From positions 67,890,001-67,954,000 of the forward strand of contig OX597830.1 in NCBI GenBank assembly GCA_951406725.2: DNA of 64,000 nucleotides. The letters run 5' to 3'. A model generated the notes under the pieces. The model saw only the letters and a program-made list of their open reading frames with translations, made no database searches and was not told the origin of the DNA. This document shows positions 13,714 to 29,200 of this stretch, in pieces (within the stretch, counting starts at the first letter, position 1; every line of letters starts with the position of its first letter). A program made the translations under genes and the position numbers. The stretch comes from Octopus vulgaris. Its lineage: Eukaryota.

Positions 13714-16700
13714 TGATAAAAGGAGACACTACCGGACATCTCATGCAGTTTCTTTTCACACCTACTTAATTCAATTTTTATATTGTTAGTGTGGGGACCT
13801 AGTCTAATGGACACAAGAGATCTGTGTATCAGTGGTACCTGGATAGGGTGGAAAGAGAGCAACCAGTTCTGTGGGGCAGAGGCTATTGTAGTAGTGGTAA
13901 AAAAGGCAAAGAGAGGACACAGCACAACTATAGGTCAGAATTTAGTGTGTATTGGTAAGTGACTTCATGCCAGTCAGATGAGTCACCTTTTTTTCTTTCT
14001 TGATGTGGTCTTATGAGACCTGTATGTGTAAGGGCAGCATCATCCCAGATGTGGAATCACTATTCCTCAGTGTGCCTCTTTTTTCTCCATTTACTTCTGA
14101 TGGCAAAATGTTTCTTTGCTTTTCCTTTTAAGTTTATTTTAAATTAATCATTGTTTTATTCAACTAAATTGAAAGATAAGTATCCATTTCTGTGTATAGA
14201 TTTATATCTCTATATCTGTGAATATTTGTATTTTTCATTGGAGTTGTTCTTCATCTCTTGATTTTGTCATTTTCCTTTTTCTACCTTCCCCATCAAAAAT
14301 TTACTCCAATTGTTCATTTGGCTTTTGTTTGTCTTTGATAGAAACCTTAGAGACGAAGAGGCATCAAATCCCTGTGATGCATTTGGTGAGGTAAAGTTTG
14401 TAGAACATGATCAGAAAATTGCAAAGGTAATTGTTTTAATGCTTTTAAATATTTTTATTGATAATACTTGTCTGTAGAAATTTTATTGAATAATCAGTTC
14501 ATGATTTCGGCAATGTATTTGTATAGCAGCAATGTTTTAAATGCTTTTTGTGAATGTCTTTACATACCCTTTTCTTTTTTGTACAGTTGGTTTTTATATT
14601 TCATATTGGTGTGTATGAATTATTAGTAATACACATACACTTAGTGATTCTGAAAAGAAAGAAGCATAAAAGAGCTATCATTAAAGGTTATTATATGTGG
14701 TGATTGTAGTGAAAAAAAGGTCTTCTCAACATGAACTCAACAGAGGATCTAGTCTTTCTAGTTGACAGCACTGAAGAATATAAATGCATGGGAATCTCCA
14801 TGAAGCGTTAGGAACGATTGCTATAATGCTTAAAATATTTGGCTGTATGGGATATGGCTTTGTTACTTCTATAGTGAATCAGATTATAGATGAAGGTGAG
14901 ATTCCCAGTGAATGACATTACAACATAACAGCCAACTGTTGCAATGGTAAAACAGATGCTAGAAAAAGATAAATATACAGAAGTATCAAACTGCTGGACA
15001 AGGGTACAAAAGTTATGGAGACAACGAATGATCAAGTTATTAGAAGAAAAGTTAGACTAAATGAGATATAGTTTGGTTTGGTTGCTTTCTATAGACAAGT
15101 ATTAAAAATGTCCTGTTTGGGTGAGGTAAGTGCAAGAGAAGTATCTGGCTAAAATTGTGTTCAATGACCTGTAGAAAACCTTTGAGAGAGATCCTTACTC
15201 TCTCTGATCTGGTGGTCACAGAGGAAACTGGCAGTTGATAGCCATACAAACCATGTACAAAGGTGCTGTTAGAAATTCCATACAGTGTAATTAGTGCAAA
15301 TTATAGAAACACAAGTCTTGCAATAGTAGCACAGTGTAAATATTTAATGAAGGTCAAAACAAATATACATGATTAACAATTTAGTCATTTTTATAAAACC
15401 TCGGTATGACTAAACTTTCAATCATGGATATTTCTTATGATCTTCAGCGAAAATTTAGACTTATATTACATTCTGGCTCAGTGAAACTCATTGGAATTTG
15501 TGTGAACATCCGAAAATTTGATCGTTTAAACAAGTTTTTCCGAATTTTGCTTTGTACATATAAACTTACCCAAACCTTTTATTATTTATTTATTTTTACC
15601 ACTGATATGCAAAACGTTGTTGAACCAGCTTGATATTTGAATAAATGTGTTACAAAATTTTGAAACACCCACACAATTTGAGATTTAGATGCATTTTCAA
15701 ACCCCAAATAAATTCTGTCATTTATATATATATATACATAACTTTCTCCAGAATATTCTTATTCAGATAGCAGATCTTGGTCACATAGGTAACAGAAGCT
15801 ATCAACTACTTCAAGTTTTTTACCCTGGCATGTGATGGAATCTGTTTTCTGTGCATTTTCGTTGTTTATTGCACTTGTGCAACTTCCACACACAGAAACT
15901 ATCTTCCCATGTAACTTTCCTTTGATATTGCTGTACCTCTTAAGTGTCTATAGCTTACAACAGGTACATCTTATAGATTTTCTACGTACGCCTTTTCTAC
16001 AGATCAAGCAGGGCCATCTACTCGAAGGGTTTGTGTTTTGTCCGCCTTATATATATATAAATCCTGAAAACACATAAATTCATGAAATGCAAAAAGCAAC
16101 ACAAATCGCTAAAGTGACTTCTAACAATTGCAAAGCTTTACACAACAACCACGAAACCAATGGTTAAAAATATTTACGCCCAAACTGTGCAACATACTCC
16201 AATCTACTTGAAGGCTCGAATTTCCTTTCCAAACAAGGAGAGAGGGTCACAATTTAAATCAATTTTACTTATGCCTCTGAGAATCTAATTTATGTAATAA
16301 CCTGCTCGGGTTGTGGACATAACTATATAGAACAACGAGTATGACATTGAGATGGAGAACCACTCTACATAAAGAACAGATTCGATTCCCGTAATACAGA
16401 CAGATTCCTTTAAGGGAACACATAGAGAGATGTGCAGGTAACATCAAACCAGATTTCACAGTTTTCCCTTCTACCAGCGCAACAATACAATTTCTATACA
16501 AATAAAGAAAATTTATTCAACGAAAAATACAGAACACATCTAAATATGCACGCATAACCAGCTTTGTTCTCTATACATATTTTGACTCACGATTGCATTC
16601 CCATCACTGTACATATTTCTCCCCACTACTCTAGCTTTTGAAATTTTGTGTATATATTTCCCTCCCCCGGCACCGAAAGATGAACAGTTATCTTCCCTGT

Positions 16701-17202
16701 CCAAAATGATAACGATCACCAATTACCTCCCCTTAGAATTTTATACTTGTTGAATCATTCATTCATAAACTACACACACATAGATGAAGAAAATTTTCTT
16801 AAGAAAATACGTAATTAAAATAATTTTAATGTCATGATTAGCTAAAACGAAACCAGTCGACAAACAACATAAAATATATTTTAAAAAACTAAAACTATGT
16901 AAAGTGTGTGCATTTTCCTTCTTTAATTTCTTATATATATTACAGCTTACCACGTGAGGATAATTGAAATTCCACCCTTTCTGTTACTAAGTAAACACAC
17001 ACACACACACACACCCAAATATATATATATACACACATATATATATATATAGGCGCAGGAATTACTGTGTAATAAGTAGCTTGCTTATCAACCACATGGT
17101 TCCGGGTTCAGTCCCATTGCGAGGCACCTTGTTCAAGTATCTTCTGCTATGGCCTCGGGCCAAGCAAGGCCTGAAAGGAGCTTTGAAAGAAGCCTGTCGT
17201 AC

Positions 17203-17259
<57 letters not shown>

Positions 17260-20200
17260 TTTTATGAATTATTATAATTTTTCTATTGAGAAAGGAGCCG
17301 GTTTCCAACAAAGATACCAGGCTCCATCTTCGGGATGTAGTTAACACAGACAAATTCAAATTTGGAACTTGAGAAAAGTCTTGCATATTTTTAGTGTTCC
17401 ACTCACAGATTGAACTTGTAATCTACGAATCAGCCTGTCAAAATGCTCTTTCAGAAAATCTCAGTTTATCCAGATTCTCTTTGTATTTATGTACGTATGT
17501 TCACACGCATGCATATACTTATGTTTTGTGTCTATGTAATTATTGATTCTTGTATCTACCACTTGGACAATAGTCTATTTTATTGTAATGATGCAATTAA
17601 TTATGTCGATCTTAACTGAATTATAATTATTCTCAACGATATACCTCATTGATATTAGAATTTTATTCTGTTGTGGCAGAACTATTGGAATAAGTATTAC
17701 AAAATAGAACAGAGATTACAGAAAATTTTGTGGAAAATAATTGCATCAAGAAATGGCTAATTCTAAATTTTATATTCATGACTAATTCTAAGGTCTGGCC
17801 ATATGGTGCCAGAGTAGCTTATATGTAGTTTAGATCCAAGAGAATCTAACCGTTTGATGCTTCGCTCCTGGTATGGCTACTTCATGCAGGAGACAGGACT
17901 TCTGACTAACAGACTAACTGTGTCCCACAGTGTGTCGGCACATCGCCAAGATAGCAGGACCATCATCCGTCTGAAGAAATCAGACTGTCCAACATCGGAA
18001 CAGACACATGCATGTCACCGACCAATGAGTAATCAACTTACGCTACAAAAGACGTGCTACTAAATGGAATGTCTTGTTGCTCATTCGTCCAGGAGAAGCC
18101 ATTCTGCTATTCCAGGAGTTTCTTCTAGAGAGGCCCCGACGACAGAACAGGTCTATGTGGTGTGGCATTAGTCGTGCCCAAGTACATCTGCAATTACTCA
18201 TAGGATGGAACCCGGTGAATGATCGTTTGCTGTCCACCTGTTTTCATCATTGCCTATACCCCACAGACTTCGCAGAGAAGACAGTCAAGGGCGACTACTG
18301 CAACCAACTCCAAAAGTTTTAGGACCAGTCCCCACCACGATATCACCCCGCGCCCCTGACGGACATCAGTGCTGCCATCTATTCTGCCAGGTTCCCTTCG
18401 ACAAACTTATTCCAGACTCAAACTATTGGTAATTGCCTCCTGCTCCAATGCCGCAACAACAATTTCTATATTGCAGACACATTTTCCTCCAGCAGACTTG
18501 ATCATCACAGGACTTTGTACAGTCCGGACTGTTAAACACAGAGGGCGATCAACTACATCAACATCTCCGCTGCTAGAGGTCATTTCTCACTAGCTGCCGG
18601 CTCTATAGAGGAGATCAACTCGGGATTATCTACTATCGATTGCTGGTGGCGACACTCACGTTGAAGTTGCGAGCTGACTCTGTCTCAAAGTACCAGCAAT
18701 GGCCTGATTCATTTTGTGTCTGTAATCTCAACATTGCCTCAACAGTTGCGTGATTTAACAACAATCACTTCACTTCCGTATCCAAAAATGAGACTACCAA
18801 CTGAGAAATTTTCAAATCAAGTGTCAAAAGTTAGAACGTGATGTCCTGGTAAACTCATTATCTCTTCTCAAGCGACCCTTGATCCTACTGTGGAGGTCGT
18901 ACACAAGTAACTGCTGCAGTGAGGCTCACCTATGCAGTAACACAAATGAAAACAACCAGCCCAACTGGATAGGCGACGACTCCATTCAGAAAACTGGGAG
19001 AAGTTCTGAGCGGGAGAAACCGAGCACCTGGATGCAGCAGCAAAGAATAACAAGATCAGTCTGATATTCAATATGATCCACAGAGACTGTACCAGTCTCT
19101 ACTTTAAGACCACCTCAGCGAGGGATACCAATGAAATGTAGTCATCGTGGAAACCACCTGCTTCGAACACTGGAAGGAAAACTTCGGCTTTCTCTGTCAC
19201 GTATCTGTCCAAATCGATCCCAGTCTAACCCTCACTGCACACACAGCCCCAACCAACGACACTTGTAGACTCGATCCTGTTAACTCTGATGAAGTCAGTG
19301 TCACCCTGAAGAAGATCGAAAACCTCAAACACCCAGGAATCTGCACTGTGGCCGCGGAGATGTTCAAGCCGGATGGAGAAAACATGACTCAATGACTCAG
19401 ATACATCATCGACCATCTATGGGTATCTGAGCAGCTCCTAAATGACTGAACTCAGAGTATCATCCTCTGCGTCAGAAAGCGGAAGGCAACAAACTCGTCT
19501 GCAGCTACCACGGTGGCACCACCCTCCTTTCCATCCCCAGTAAGTCCTTCATCAGGATCTCTTCTTGTCATTAGAAGCACACACCATTCACAATAAGCCA
19601 GATTCATACCGTGTTGATCTTCTGCAGACCATACTTTTGCCCTTCGTCTCGTAGTTCAAAGATCTCGGGAGGTCCGCAAAGATCTCCACCTCTACATCGC
19701 CTTTATTGACCTTAAGGTGGCTTTGGACACGGTCGACCATGCATCCTTCTGGAAAATTCTCGAGCTCGACGGTGTGTCTCCCATGATCACTATCCTGTTC
19801 TAGTAGCTCTATAGCAGTACCGAAAGCTGGGTTTAGGTGAACGGGAATGATTCTGACTGGTTCCTCCTCAAGAGCAAGAGACAGGGCTGCGTGGCCGGTC
19901 TCGACCTCATCATCTATGTCATCGATTATTTGGTGAGTGAGTTTCTGGCGTGACCTTCTGAAACTACCATCATACCGACCTGGAGTATGAGAACGACACC
20001 ACCCTATTCAGCAACTCGATTGACGAGCTAAGGGACGCACTGACCATATGCAGAGAATCAGCAAAGCTTGGCTATCAGGTGAGATGGGCGGAGACCATGC
20101 TGATGCATGTAGTTGATAGCTCAGACCCTCTTCTTCCCTATTGACCCTGACGTCGTGAAGTTTGTCAACTCCTTCATCTATCTGAGCCCAACAATGGAGA

Positions 20201-21306
20201 TCAATCGCAGATGTGGTTTGGTCACTGGGGTCATGTACTCCCTATGGAAGCCCCTTTGACACCATTATTCTATCTTCCTCAAGACGAAATTCTCTATCTA
20301 CAACGCATCGGCCCTCGCCAAAAACCCTGGCAAAGAAGATTGGTGACGTCGATAGCAGAATATTTGAGAACATCAAATGGTACCATCATGTTTCCAACAA
20401 AGAACTGCGTGTGCGCATGCATCAGCCCCAGCTTCCCACCTCACAGCTATCCATCGAATTCACTGATACGAATGTTTCCTCCATCTCCTGCTATATCCTC
20501 CTACCTGGGTTTTACTCCCATTCGATCCTGAAGCTGTAGACTAGGAGAAGCCTCATTATGGCTGGATGTGGTTGGAGGATATGTCCAGAATACTGACGTC
20601 ACCGTGGAGGATGCATTAGGGGCTGCTACGGGACAGCCAGTGATAGAGCACCGGTAGACCTGGTCGGTTCTACGCATGGTGATGTCTCTGTAACCACTTA
20701 CCTGGGAGGATCTCAACCACAACAAGCAAGAGCTTGAAGCAACCAGACATGGTTAAACTCTACGTATGAGAGAAATATTGAAATCTGTTACAATATTCAA
20801 CTTATATAACAAGATAATGAACATATAATAAATGATTATGACAATAACATTTATGGCTGATAATCCTTGAAATTGTTGCTTGAATTTTCCTGACTTCCCC
20901 TGTGACAGGACAAACCCACAACATTTAAAATACTTAATGTCAAATAACGCAATTCTCAATATTATGAATACAAATGTTAAATCATCACAATGAAATCTGT
21001 TCACCAAATTCCCCAGTATTTGAATGTATTTTTCGCATTGTATCAAACATTAAGGAACATTAATTAAATTTTTTTTTTACATATAGTTTGTTCGTGTGGA
21101 TCACCAAACCCCCATGGATATTATAATTAATTTGATAATATATCAATGGAATTTCTCATTGCCAAACTTACTTATTTCTGTGATTGGGGGAAGAGAAGAC
21201 GTCCAGTTGAATGAACCTACTAAAGAAGCTCTTGGGCATAGTTTAGTTAAAGCTGCAAGAACAACAGGTAAAAAGGTTTTAGCACACTTATTGTGAATAC
21301 TACTAT

Positions 21307-21371
<65 letters not shown>

Positions 21372-24300
21372 ATAATAATAATAATTCTAACTGGGCCCCA
21401 TCTGCAAGATCATGCATTGTTTATCTTGATATGAGATCACCATGTCACGCACATACGGTTGTGATGCATGTGCCTGGTGTATCTTATCAGACGAGTAGTC
21501 ATGATGGGTATACTGGCTTCGTATATTTTACCTCAGTGTCACTTTGATGGCATGCACTGCTCTCTCACTCAATAATAATAATGATGATGATGAAGCGGCT
21601 GGACGTATTCTTCGCTGCACTGAGCTGTCAGCAGCTGAAGACACAGAAACACTAATACAACCCAGCAGGACAACTGAAAAATAACTCTAAAAGACTGGAA
21701 TATCTAAAGTTTCATGTGAGTATTTTGAATTTCCCTGAAAATAAGTTAAGGGACTTACATATCTAAAGCTTTCGAATACATAAGCAATCAGCTTTAAAAC
21801 CTTTAATATCTATAACTTCTGTGAATACCCACCATTTCTTCCTTTCCTCCTGAGTATTCGAAAATGTAAACATCCTCTTTATTCCAAGAACACTACAGTT
21901 TTCTCTGTTCGGACAGACAAAGATCATCTCCAGTAAATTTTTAAAATTTCAAATCTTCAATTTTCTGTGAAAAAGTTTTACCTTCCTTTTCTTTCCGTTC
22001 CTTTTTCCCTGAATATTCAAAAATGTAACCATACTATTAATGAAGAAAAAAAAACACTACAGTTTTCTCTGAATGGACATACAAACGAACACTTCAGAAA
22101 ATTTAGAAACGTTAATATCTCCAGTTTTGTGTGAACATTTTGTCTTTCCATCTTCCCTGACTAACAGAATATGTAAACATGCCTTTTATTGTAACAACAC
22201 AATTAAATGCAAGATAAAAAATTAAGTAAGTAAGCACCTGCCAATATATACATACTGCACAACTACAAAAACTGTAAACCACAGCAAAACGTTTTAAAAG
22301 AAAAGAAAAATTCCAAAAGAAAAATAAAAATAAATTCGGAAATTCAAAAACCCAACAAGGTGAACATCTCTTCCTCCTACTATTCCCAAAGACTGGAACA
22401 TCTACAATTTCCTGTGAATATTTTATAAAATAAGCTAGGAAACTTACATACCTACCGCTTTCGAACACACGAATGATCAGCTTTAAGAAAAGACTTTAAT
22501 ATCTACAACTACTGTGTGAATACCTATCCTCCACACCATCTGTCGAATCTATTTATACACCTGTAGAATATGATCTATTCACTAAAATGCTACCCAACTA
22601 TTTCCTCCAACAATGATATATTTATGATTATATTAAGTACAAGACGAATGTTGAAAATAAGAACGTTTAGTAAAATCTTTTAATAATAAATGGAAATAGT
22701 AATAATGAGAATAACAATGGTAGTGGTGGTGATGTTGATAATGATAAAAATAAAAATTATAATAATATGCTGCAGCTGCTAATACTAAATACTACTAACA
22801 CTACAATGATACTACAACTACTACTATTATGATAGCACAGGAATCTGAAACCCAACTACCAAACTTACCACTACCCCACCCCTGCTGCTGTTGCTGCAAC
22901 CACTGCTGCTACTACACATAAAAACAATAATAACTGTGATATCAGTGATAATAATCATAATAATAATCATAATAATAATAATAAAAATGAAAGGAAATGG
23001 GTGGAGCCTCCTCACGGGCTGATTAATGATACATCTAGTGATGGTGTCACAATAAAAACACTGGTAATTGTGCAACCTGATAATCGATACCTCATATGAG
23101 CGACAATGAGAAAACAAAATATTGTAAATAACGGTGGTAATGAAACTGAAGCCAATGATGGGGACAGTGGTACACCTGGCGGGCTTAGAGATTCTGGTCT
23201 GGCTCCAGCCTGTCGATATCCAGAAAGGGACCACCACACACGGCGTAGATGGAGCATGCAAATTAATGCTGTGGTCATGGAGTGTTACTATCTTAGCAGC
23301 CCGGTAGATGAATATGGTTCTCAAATTAGGGGTTACCAACAACGTAAGTATTATCATTGGAGAGAAAAGGAATTGTTTCAACTCACGGAATAGAGATTAT
23401 GTGATCAAGCTAATGCAATAAGGAAAAATCGTTGGTTCACAGAAGTAGAGCTCGAAGCTATCAAAAGATGGGTCATGGAAAATAACAGCAGAGATAACAA
23501 TGAAAATACAGTTCTTACTAATAAAAGTAATCTCATATCACAGGAAAGGAGCAGTGGAAGTTTACTTGATGAGTGACATATAGATGATCTAAAAGAAGAC
23601 AATAAAACTAATGGCAACATGACAGATGAAAAAAGGCAATCTACAACAGAATAAATGCAAGACTGCAGGAGAACGATAGCGACATTATTTGCAACCTTAA
23701 AAAGGTTGATTGGTGGAAATTGAACCAAGAAACGAAAAATGTCAATGAAATTCTGAAATACATCAGAAAAAACAATGTCACAGAAACAAATAATTTGATA
23801 AAAGGCAGCAAGTATTGTTGTAGCAGAAAATGCGTGTGTTGATGTCAAGAAAAAGAAATATAATGGGAGTGACAAAAGAAAAGATCCATGGTGGAAAAGA
23901 AGAATCCAAGCAGGGTTAGACATGCTCTCGAAGGAAATCTCTATGTTAGACCGAAAAGAGAAAGGGAATCTTAAAAGCAAACAAAAATACAGGGCGCTAA
24001 AAAGGAAGTATAATATTGAAAGGAAGGGTCTGAAAGGAGTAACAGAGGAACTCAAACAGTGCCTTGTTGCAAAGAAACTAAAGACGGTAAGATACGACCA
24101 AAGAATGAAGGGTTACCAGCAGAATAGGCTATTCGGAGTAGATCAGAAGAGATTCTACAAAGAAATAAATGGAGAGTGTACAAATGAAATGTTGATACCA
24201 GATAACATTGAAAGTCAAAGATTTTGGAGTGACATCTGGAGCAAAGACAAGGAGCACAAGAAAGATGCTGAACGGTTGTAAGAACTGAAACAAACAGTAG

Positions 24301-26131
24301 TCTGTCCAAAACAGGAAGAACTAGTTATTTCAGTTAAGAAAGTGAAGGAAATCAGCAAAAAAAAAAAAAAAAATGAGCAGCTGGAAGGCCCCGGGACCAG
24401 ATGGAGTTCAAGGCTACTGGATCAAAAGATTTGGTGAATGTCATGCACGAATAGCTGCACAACTCAACACCTTGCTAAATGCTGACGAAGTAACACCCGG
24501 GTGGTCGACATTGGGTAGGACAGTGCTGTGCCTGAAAAACATCGAAACAGGCAATACAGTAGACAATTACAGGTCGATATCCTGCTTGCCACTTATGTGG
24601 AAGTTATTGACTGGAATACTTGCAGAGTCAATGTATGATCACCTAGAAAAAATGGAGTCCTGCCACATGAGCAGAAGCGTTGCAAGCGTAAGTGCAGAAG
24701 TACCAAGGATCAACTCCTGATAGACAAAACTGTACTTAGAGACTACAAGAGAAGGAAAAGTAACTTAGCCATGTCATGGATCGACTATCGTAAGGCATAC
24801 GACATGATCCCACATTCTTGGATTATGGAGTGTATGAACCTATATTGGTATTGCATCGAATGTTAAGCGATTGCTTGGAAAAAGTATGGTGAATTGGAGG
24901 AGGGACCTGACAGCATAGAGAAGAAATTTAGGGACAGTAGAAATTAGAAGGGAGGTTAAGCAGTTGTGGTCAATGAAAAAGATGGTAGTAGTCCCAATAA
25001 TTGTTGTAGCCCTGGGAACAGTGAGCAAAAATCTTGAGAAGTACATGGAACAAATAGGGGCTGCAATAAGGGTGGAGCATTTGCAGAAAACAGCACTGCT
25101 TGGAACCGCTCGACTATTCCTGAAGGTGCTCGAAAAATATGAGGTGTTACGTTAGTTCACTGGTAGTGAACAGCTGACACTGTAGTACATCTCCAGTGTT
25201 AGAAGCTGTGCAAAGGCAATAATAATAATGATAATAATAATAATAATAATAATAATAAGGATCTCTAGGAATGATTAAAAAAGATACTGAAACCTATTTG
25301 GAAATGATACCAGGCTTACCATCCCTACAGGAAGTGCTAAAAATCGTATTAACTGGAACAGCTCATGTACTGAGAAGAGCATTATCGCTGTGAAAACAAC
25401 ATCCATTCATGAATTTATTAATTCATTAATTTTTAAATACATATTTTACCTGTGAATTTGCGTGTGTAATCTGAGAATGCATACAATGATCTTCTCTGCC
25501 CTGGTGTACGGAAAACACTCGACGAAAAACGGAAGAAAATTTGAAGAAAAAAGGGAGGAAAAATAATAATAATAACAAGCCAGTTGTTGAAGGTAAAAAT
25601 GTTACTATCAACTGTAATTTTCCAGTCAATACCGACAGAAAGATTCAGTATAATCGACCAGACATAGTTAATAAAGACAAGGAAGACAATACTTGTAGTC
25701 TAATAGATTTAAGTGTTCTCACTGATAAAAATATATCTGCAAAGGAATTTGACAAATTAAGTTAATGTAAGTATCTGGAAATTGAAATGAAAAAGTTGTG
25801 GCATCTTAAATCAAGGACTGTTCTTGTTATTGTAGGTGCCCTAAGAATGATAGGAAAGAGATGTCAGAAACATTTAGATAATGTCCCAGAAGAACAATGT
25901 CTCAGAGATTGTGCTGACAAGTGCTGCCCACATCCTTAGAAAACCCCTATCAATTTAAATGTCTGTGTTGTATTACGTGAAGATATTTCGCTACTGCCCC
26001 TGCCACTTCCCCACCCCAAGCTTTCAGTCATTCTGTAAAATCTCATATCCTTCACTCATACTAAGATGCTGGGTGTGTCTCGGCGAGTGATTGTAACAAA
26101 CACGCCTTTCATATAATAATAATAATTATTA

Positions 26132-26222
<91 letters not shown>

Positions 26223-29200
26223 CTAATGAACCATGTGAGAGTTATTAGGAGGAAAGGTTACTTATCTGGAGTAGAAATATCTCAGATTAGTGAGAGTCTG
26301 AGAGACCCTGCAAATGAGCTACAAACGTTGGCTGCAGTTGAAAATAGAGAGGTGGGAGATGAAAGCAGGGAGAAGAGTAGACAGGAAGAAGAGGGGAATA
26401 GTGATGGGGCTGTTAAAGATAAGGAACAGGAACATTAAGCAGTGAACTCTGATATTGTGGTGGGTGGACATGCAAGGGAAATGATCCAACTAGATAATGA
26501 ATTGCTTGAAATTCAAAGACGTCTCACCGAGTTGATGAATGCTCCAGAAAAAAAATCCCCATGAATATGAGAAGGGTAGATAGGAGTATGATAAATAAAG
26601 TAACACAAAAGATAAATACTGTCATACCATCCATCCAGATGGAGGACATAACACAAACAAGGAATCTTCTCCGAGCTATTGCACTACTTGTTGAGGAGAA
26701 ATTACAGCTTTCTTAAGCAAAAAATGGTGGAGCCAAAGAACCATATTGGAAACGACGCTTTAAAAGGGACATAATGTGAGCAAGGCAAGATCTAGGGAAA
26801 ATTAAGCAATGGTTAAGAGGAAACTAGAAAAATGGGAAAAAGAAAGACCGAGAAAAATTAGAGAAGAAATATAAAATATGGAAGAACGGGTTTGATGCAG
26901 TAATAGAGCAGTTAAAACAGAGGATCATGGCAAAAATCCAAAAGATCAGAAATAAGGAATAAGCCGTTAGAATAAGCAATGAACAGGAATAAGCAGTTAG
27001 AGGGGAACATATTGTTCAAAAATAACTAGAAGCAATTCTTTCGAATGTTAGAAGGAGACAATGGTGAAAATGTTGCTCCTGATGCAAATCAAGCCAAGGA
27101 GTTCTGGAGCGGATTATGGGGAAACGATGTGGTACATAAAAGGGATGCAATATGGAAAGGAAATATCAAGGCAGAATTACAAGGAGGAAAGAAACAAAGG
27201 AATATTGTCATAAGCACAGGTGATGTGAAAGAACAAATGGGTAAAGTGTCTAACTGGAAAGCCCCAAGACCAGATGGGATTTATGGCTTTTGGCCGAAGA
27301 GATGCCACGCGGTGAAGGAAAGACTAGCAGCCCAATTGAATGAGTGTGTCCAGAAAGGTACAGTCCCTGTGTGGATGGTGACTCGGAGGACAACACTTAT
27401 AATAAAAGATAGAAGGGGAATATTGTGGAAAACTACCGTCCCATAGTATGCCTGAGGATAATCTGGAAGATACTCACTGGAATATGTGTGGCAAAGACAC
27501 ACACTTTCCTGGCACAGAAAGAAATACTACCAAAGGAACAAATAGAATGTAGGAAGAGTTCTCAGGGTAGCAAGGATCACCTAATCATAGATAAAACAGT
27601 TTTGAAGTATTGTAAAAAGCAACATACAAACATGTATATGGCTTAGATTGACTTCAGGAAGGCATATGATATGGTGCCTCATTCTTGGACCATTGAATGC
27701 CTGCAGGTGTTTAGTATTGCTGACAACATCACAAATTTCTTTATGCATAGCATAAAAGATTGGTAAACCAAATTGTACTCAAGTAATGTATTACTTGGAG
27801 AAGTTAATATTAAAAAGGGAATCTTCCAAGGTGACTCGTTCTCACCGTTAGTTTTTGTAATTGCACTAATACTCATAACAATGACACTTAGGAAAGTTAA
27901 GATGGGTTACAAATGTGGGAAGAAAGGCCCATCCTTGAACTATCTTCTGTTGCATCACACAACTCCAGCAGCTTGGTTTCCTCCCCATTGCGGGAACCAA
28001 ATCCAGAGCCACCATCTACACCATGGAATCCCGCTAGATGTTGTCCAATATGATTGTTGAAGTCACCAACAACAAAGAGAAGGTTCCTGTCATTCATCAA
28101 CAAGATAGTCTATAAGAGGGTGTCATAAAATCGGTCTTTCTGTTCATCAGGTAGCCCTGGCTGAGGAGCATATGCCAAGACAATGGTTGCTAATCCATGT
28201 TGCTGAACTAGTCTAAGCTTAAGTATTTTATCACAGACTTTGACTACCTCGATTACCTTATCAACCCATTTCTCTGTAAGGAGTACAGTCAACCCCATCA
28301 GCGTTTGCTACTCAGAAAATCTTATACTTGTGTTCTTTGCCTGTGAGGAACCTAACAGAACTTCCTCTTCACCTTACTTCTTGGATACAGCATAAATCAA
28401 CACGTCTCCGTTCAAGCATCTCAACAATTTCACCAGACCTACCTTTGAATATACCAACATTAAGTGTGCTAACTCTGAAGGTGTGAGAGGTGTGGGACAG
28501 CGAGACCCTGGGATGGAGGACAGTAGCATTTTCCATCTGAAAAGGAAGCATTTGAAAGATCTCGTAAACATACAATCGTCTTCAACCTGCATTCACTAAC
28601 TGTCATTTTATTCGCTATATAACCACTTCATTCAGTAGAAGATAGACACTAGGTAGGGATGGAGGGGGAAGGGAAAGGGAAGCTTTCTGTATAGTAAAGA
28701 AAATAATTAGAGAAAACAAAAGAAAGTAAAATATGGAGACGACTAAAGAAATAATTGAAACCAAAAATGTTTAAAAAAGTAAACAAAAGTTGAGTATGGG
28801 ACGCAACACAATCATTAGCCTAAATTATAACGATGGAAAACAGCTGACAGAAGTTGTACAAATATTAGAAAGAATAAATGAATTCTATGAAAACATATAT
28901 CATTCAAAGAACGAAGTTTCTCAAACAGTAAATTCAAACGAAATGATCTGCATAATCAGTTATTATTTACCTGAGTTCATGATGGCACATCCAGGTAATC
29001 CATGTGATAGATGTCAAGTTGGAAATATATGTGTCCCAAATCCAGCATTTCTAAGTTCCACAGCAATGATTTCTATAGTAAAATATATAGAAGGGACAAA
29101 AGGGGAGATTCTCGACCGACCAAGCACACAGTGTAAAAGGGTTTCAATAGATGACCATTTCTTTTGATTATTGAACAATACAATTTCCAAGTAACAATAA

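Noticed and set aside
17295-17340. Further hammerhead-like motif on the minus strand (CCGAAGA...GAAACCGG)
   Set aside because: Stems I and II could not be paired convincingly.
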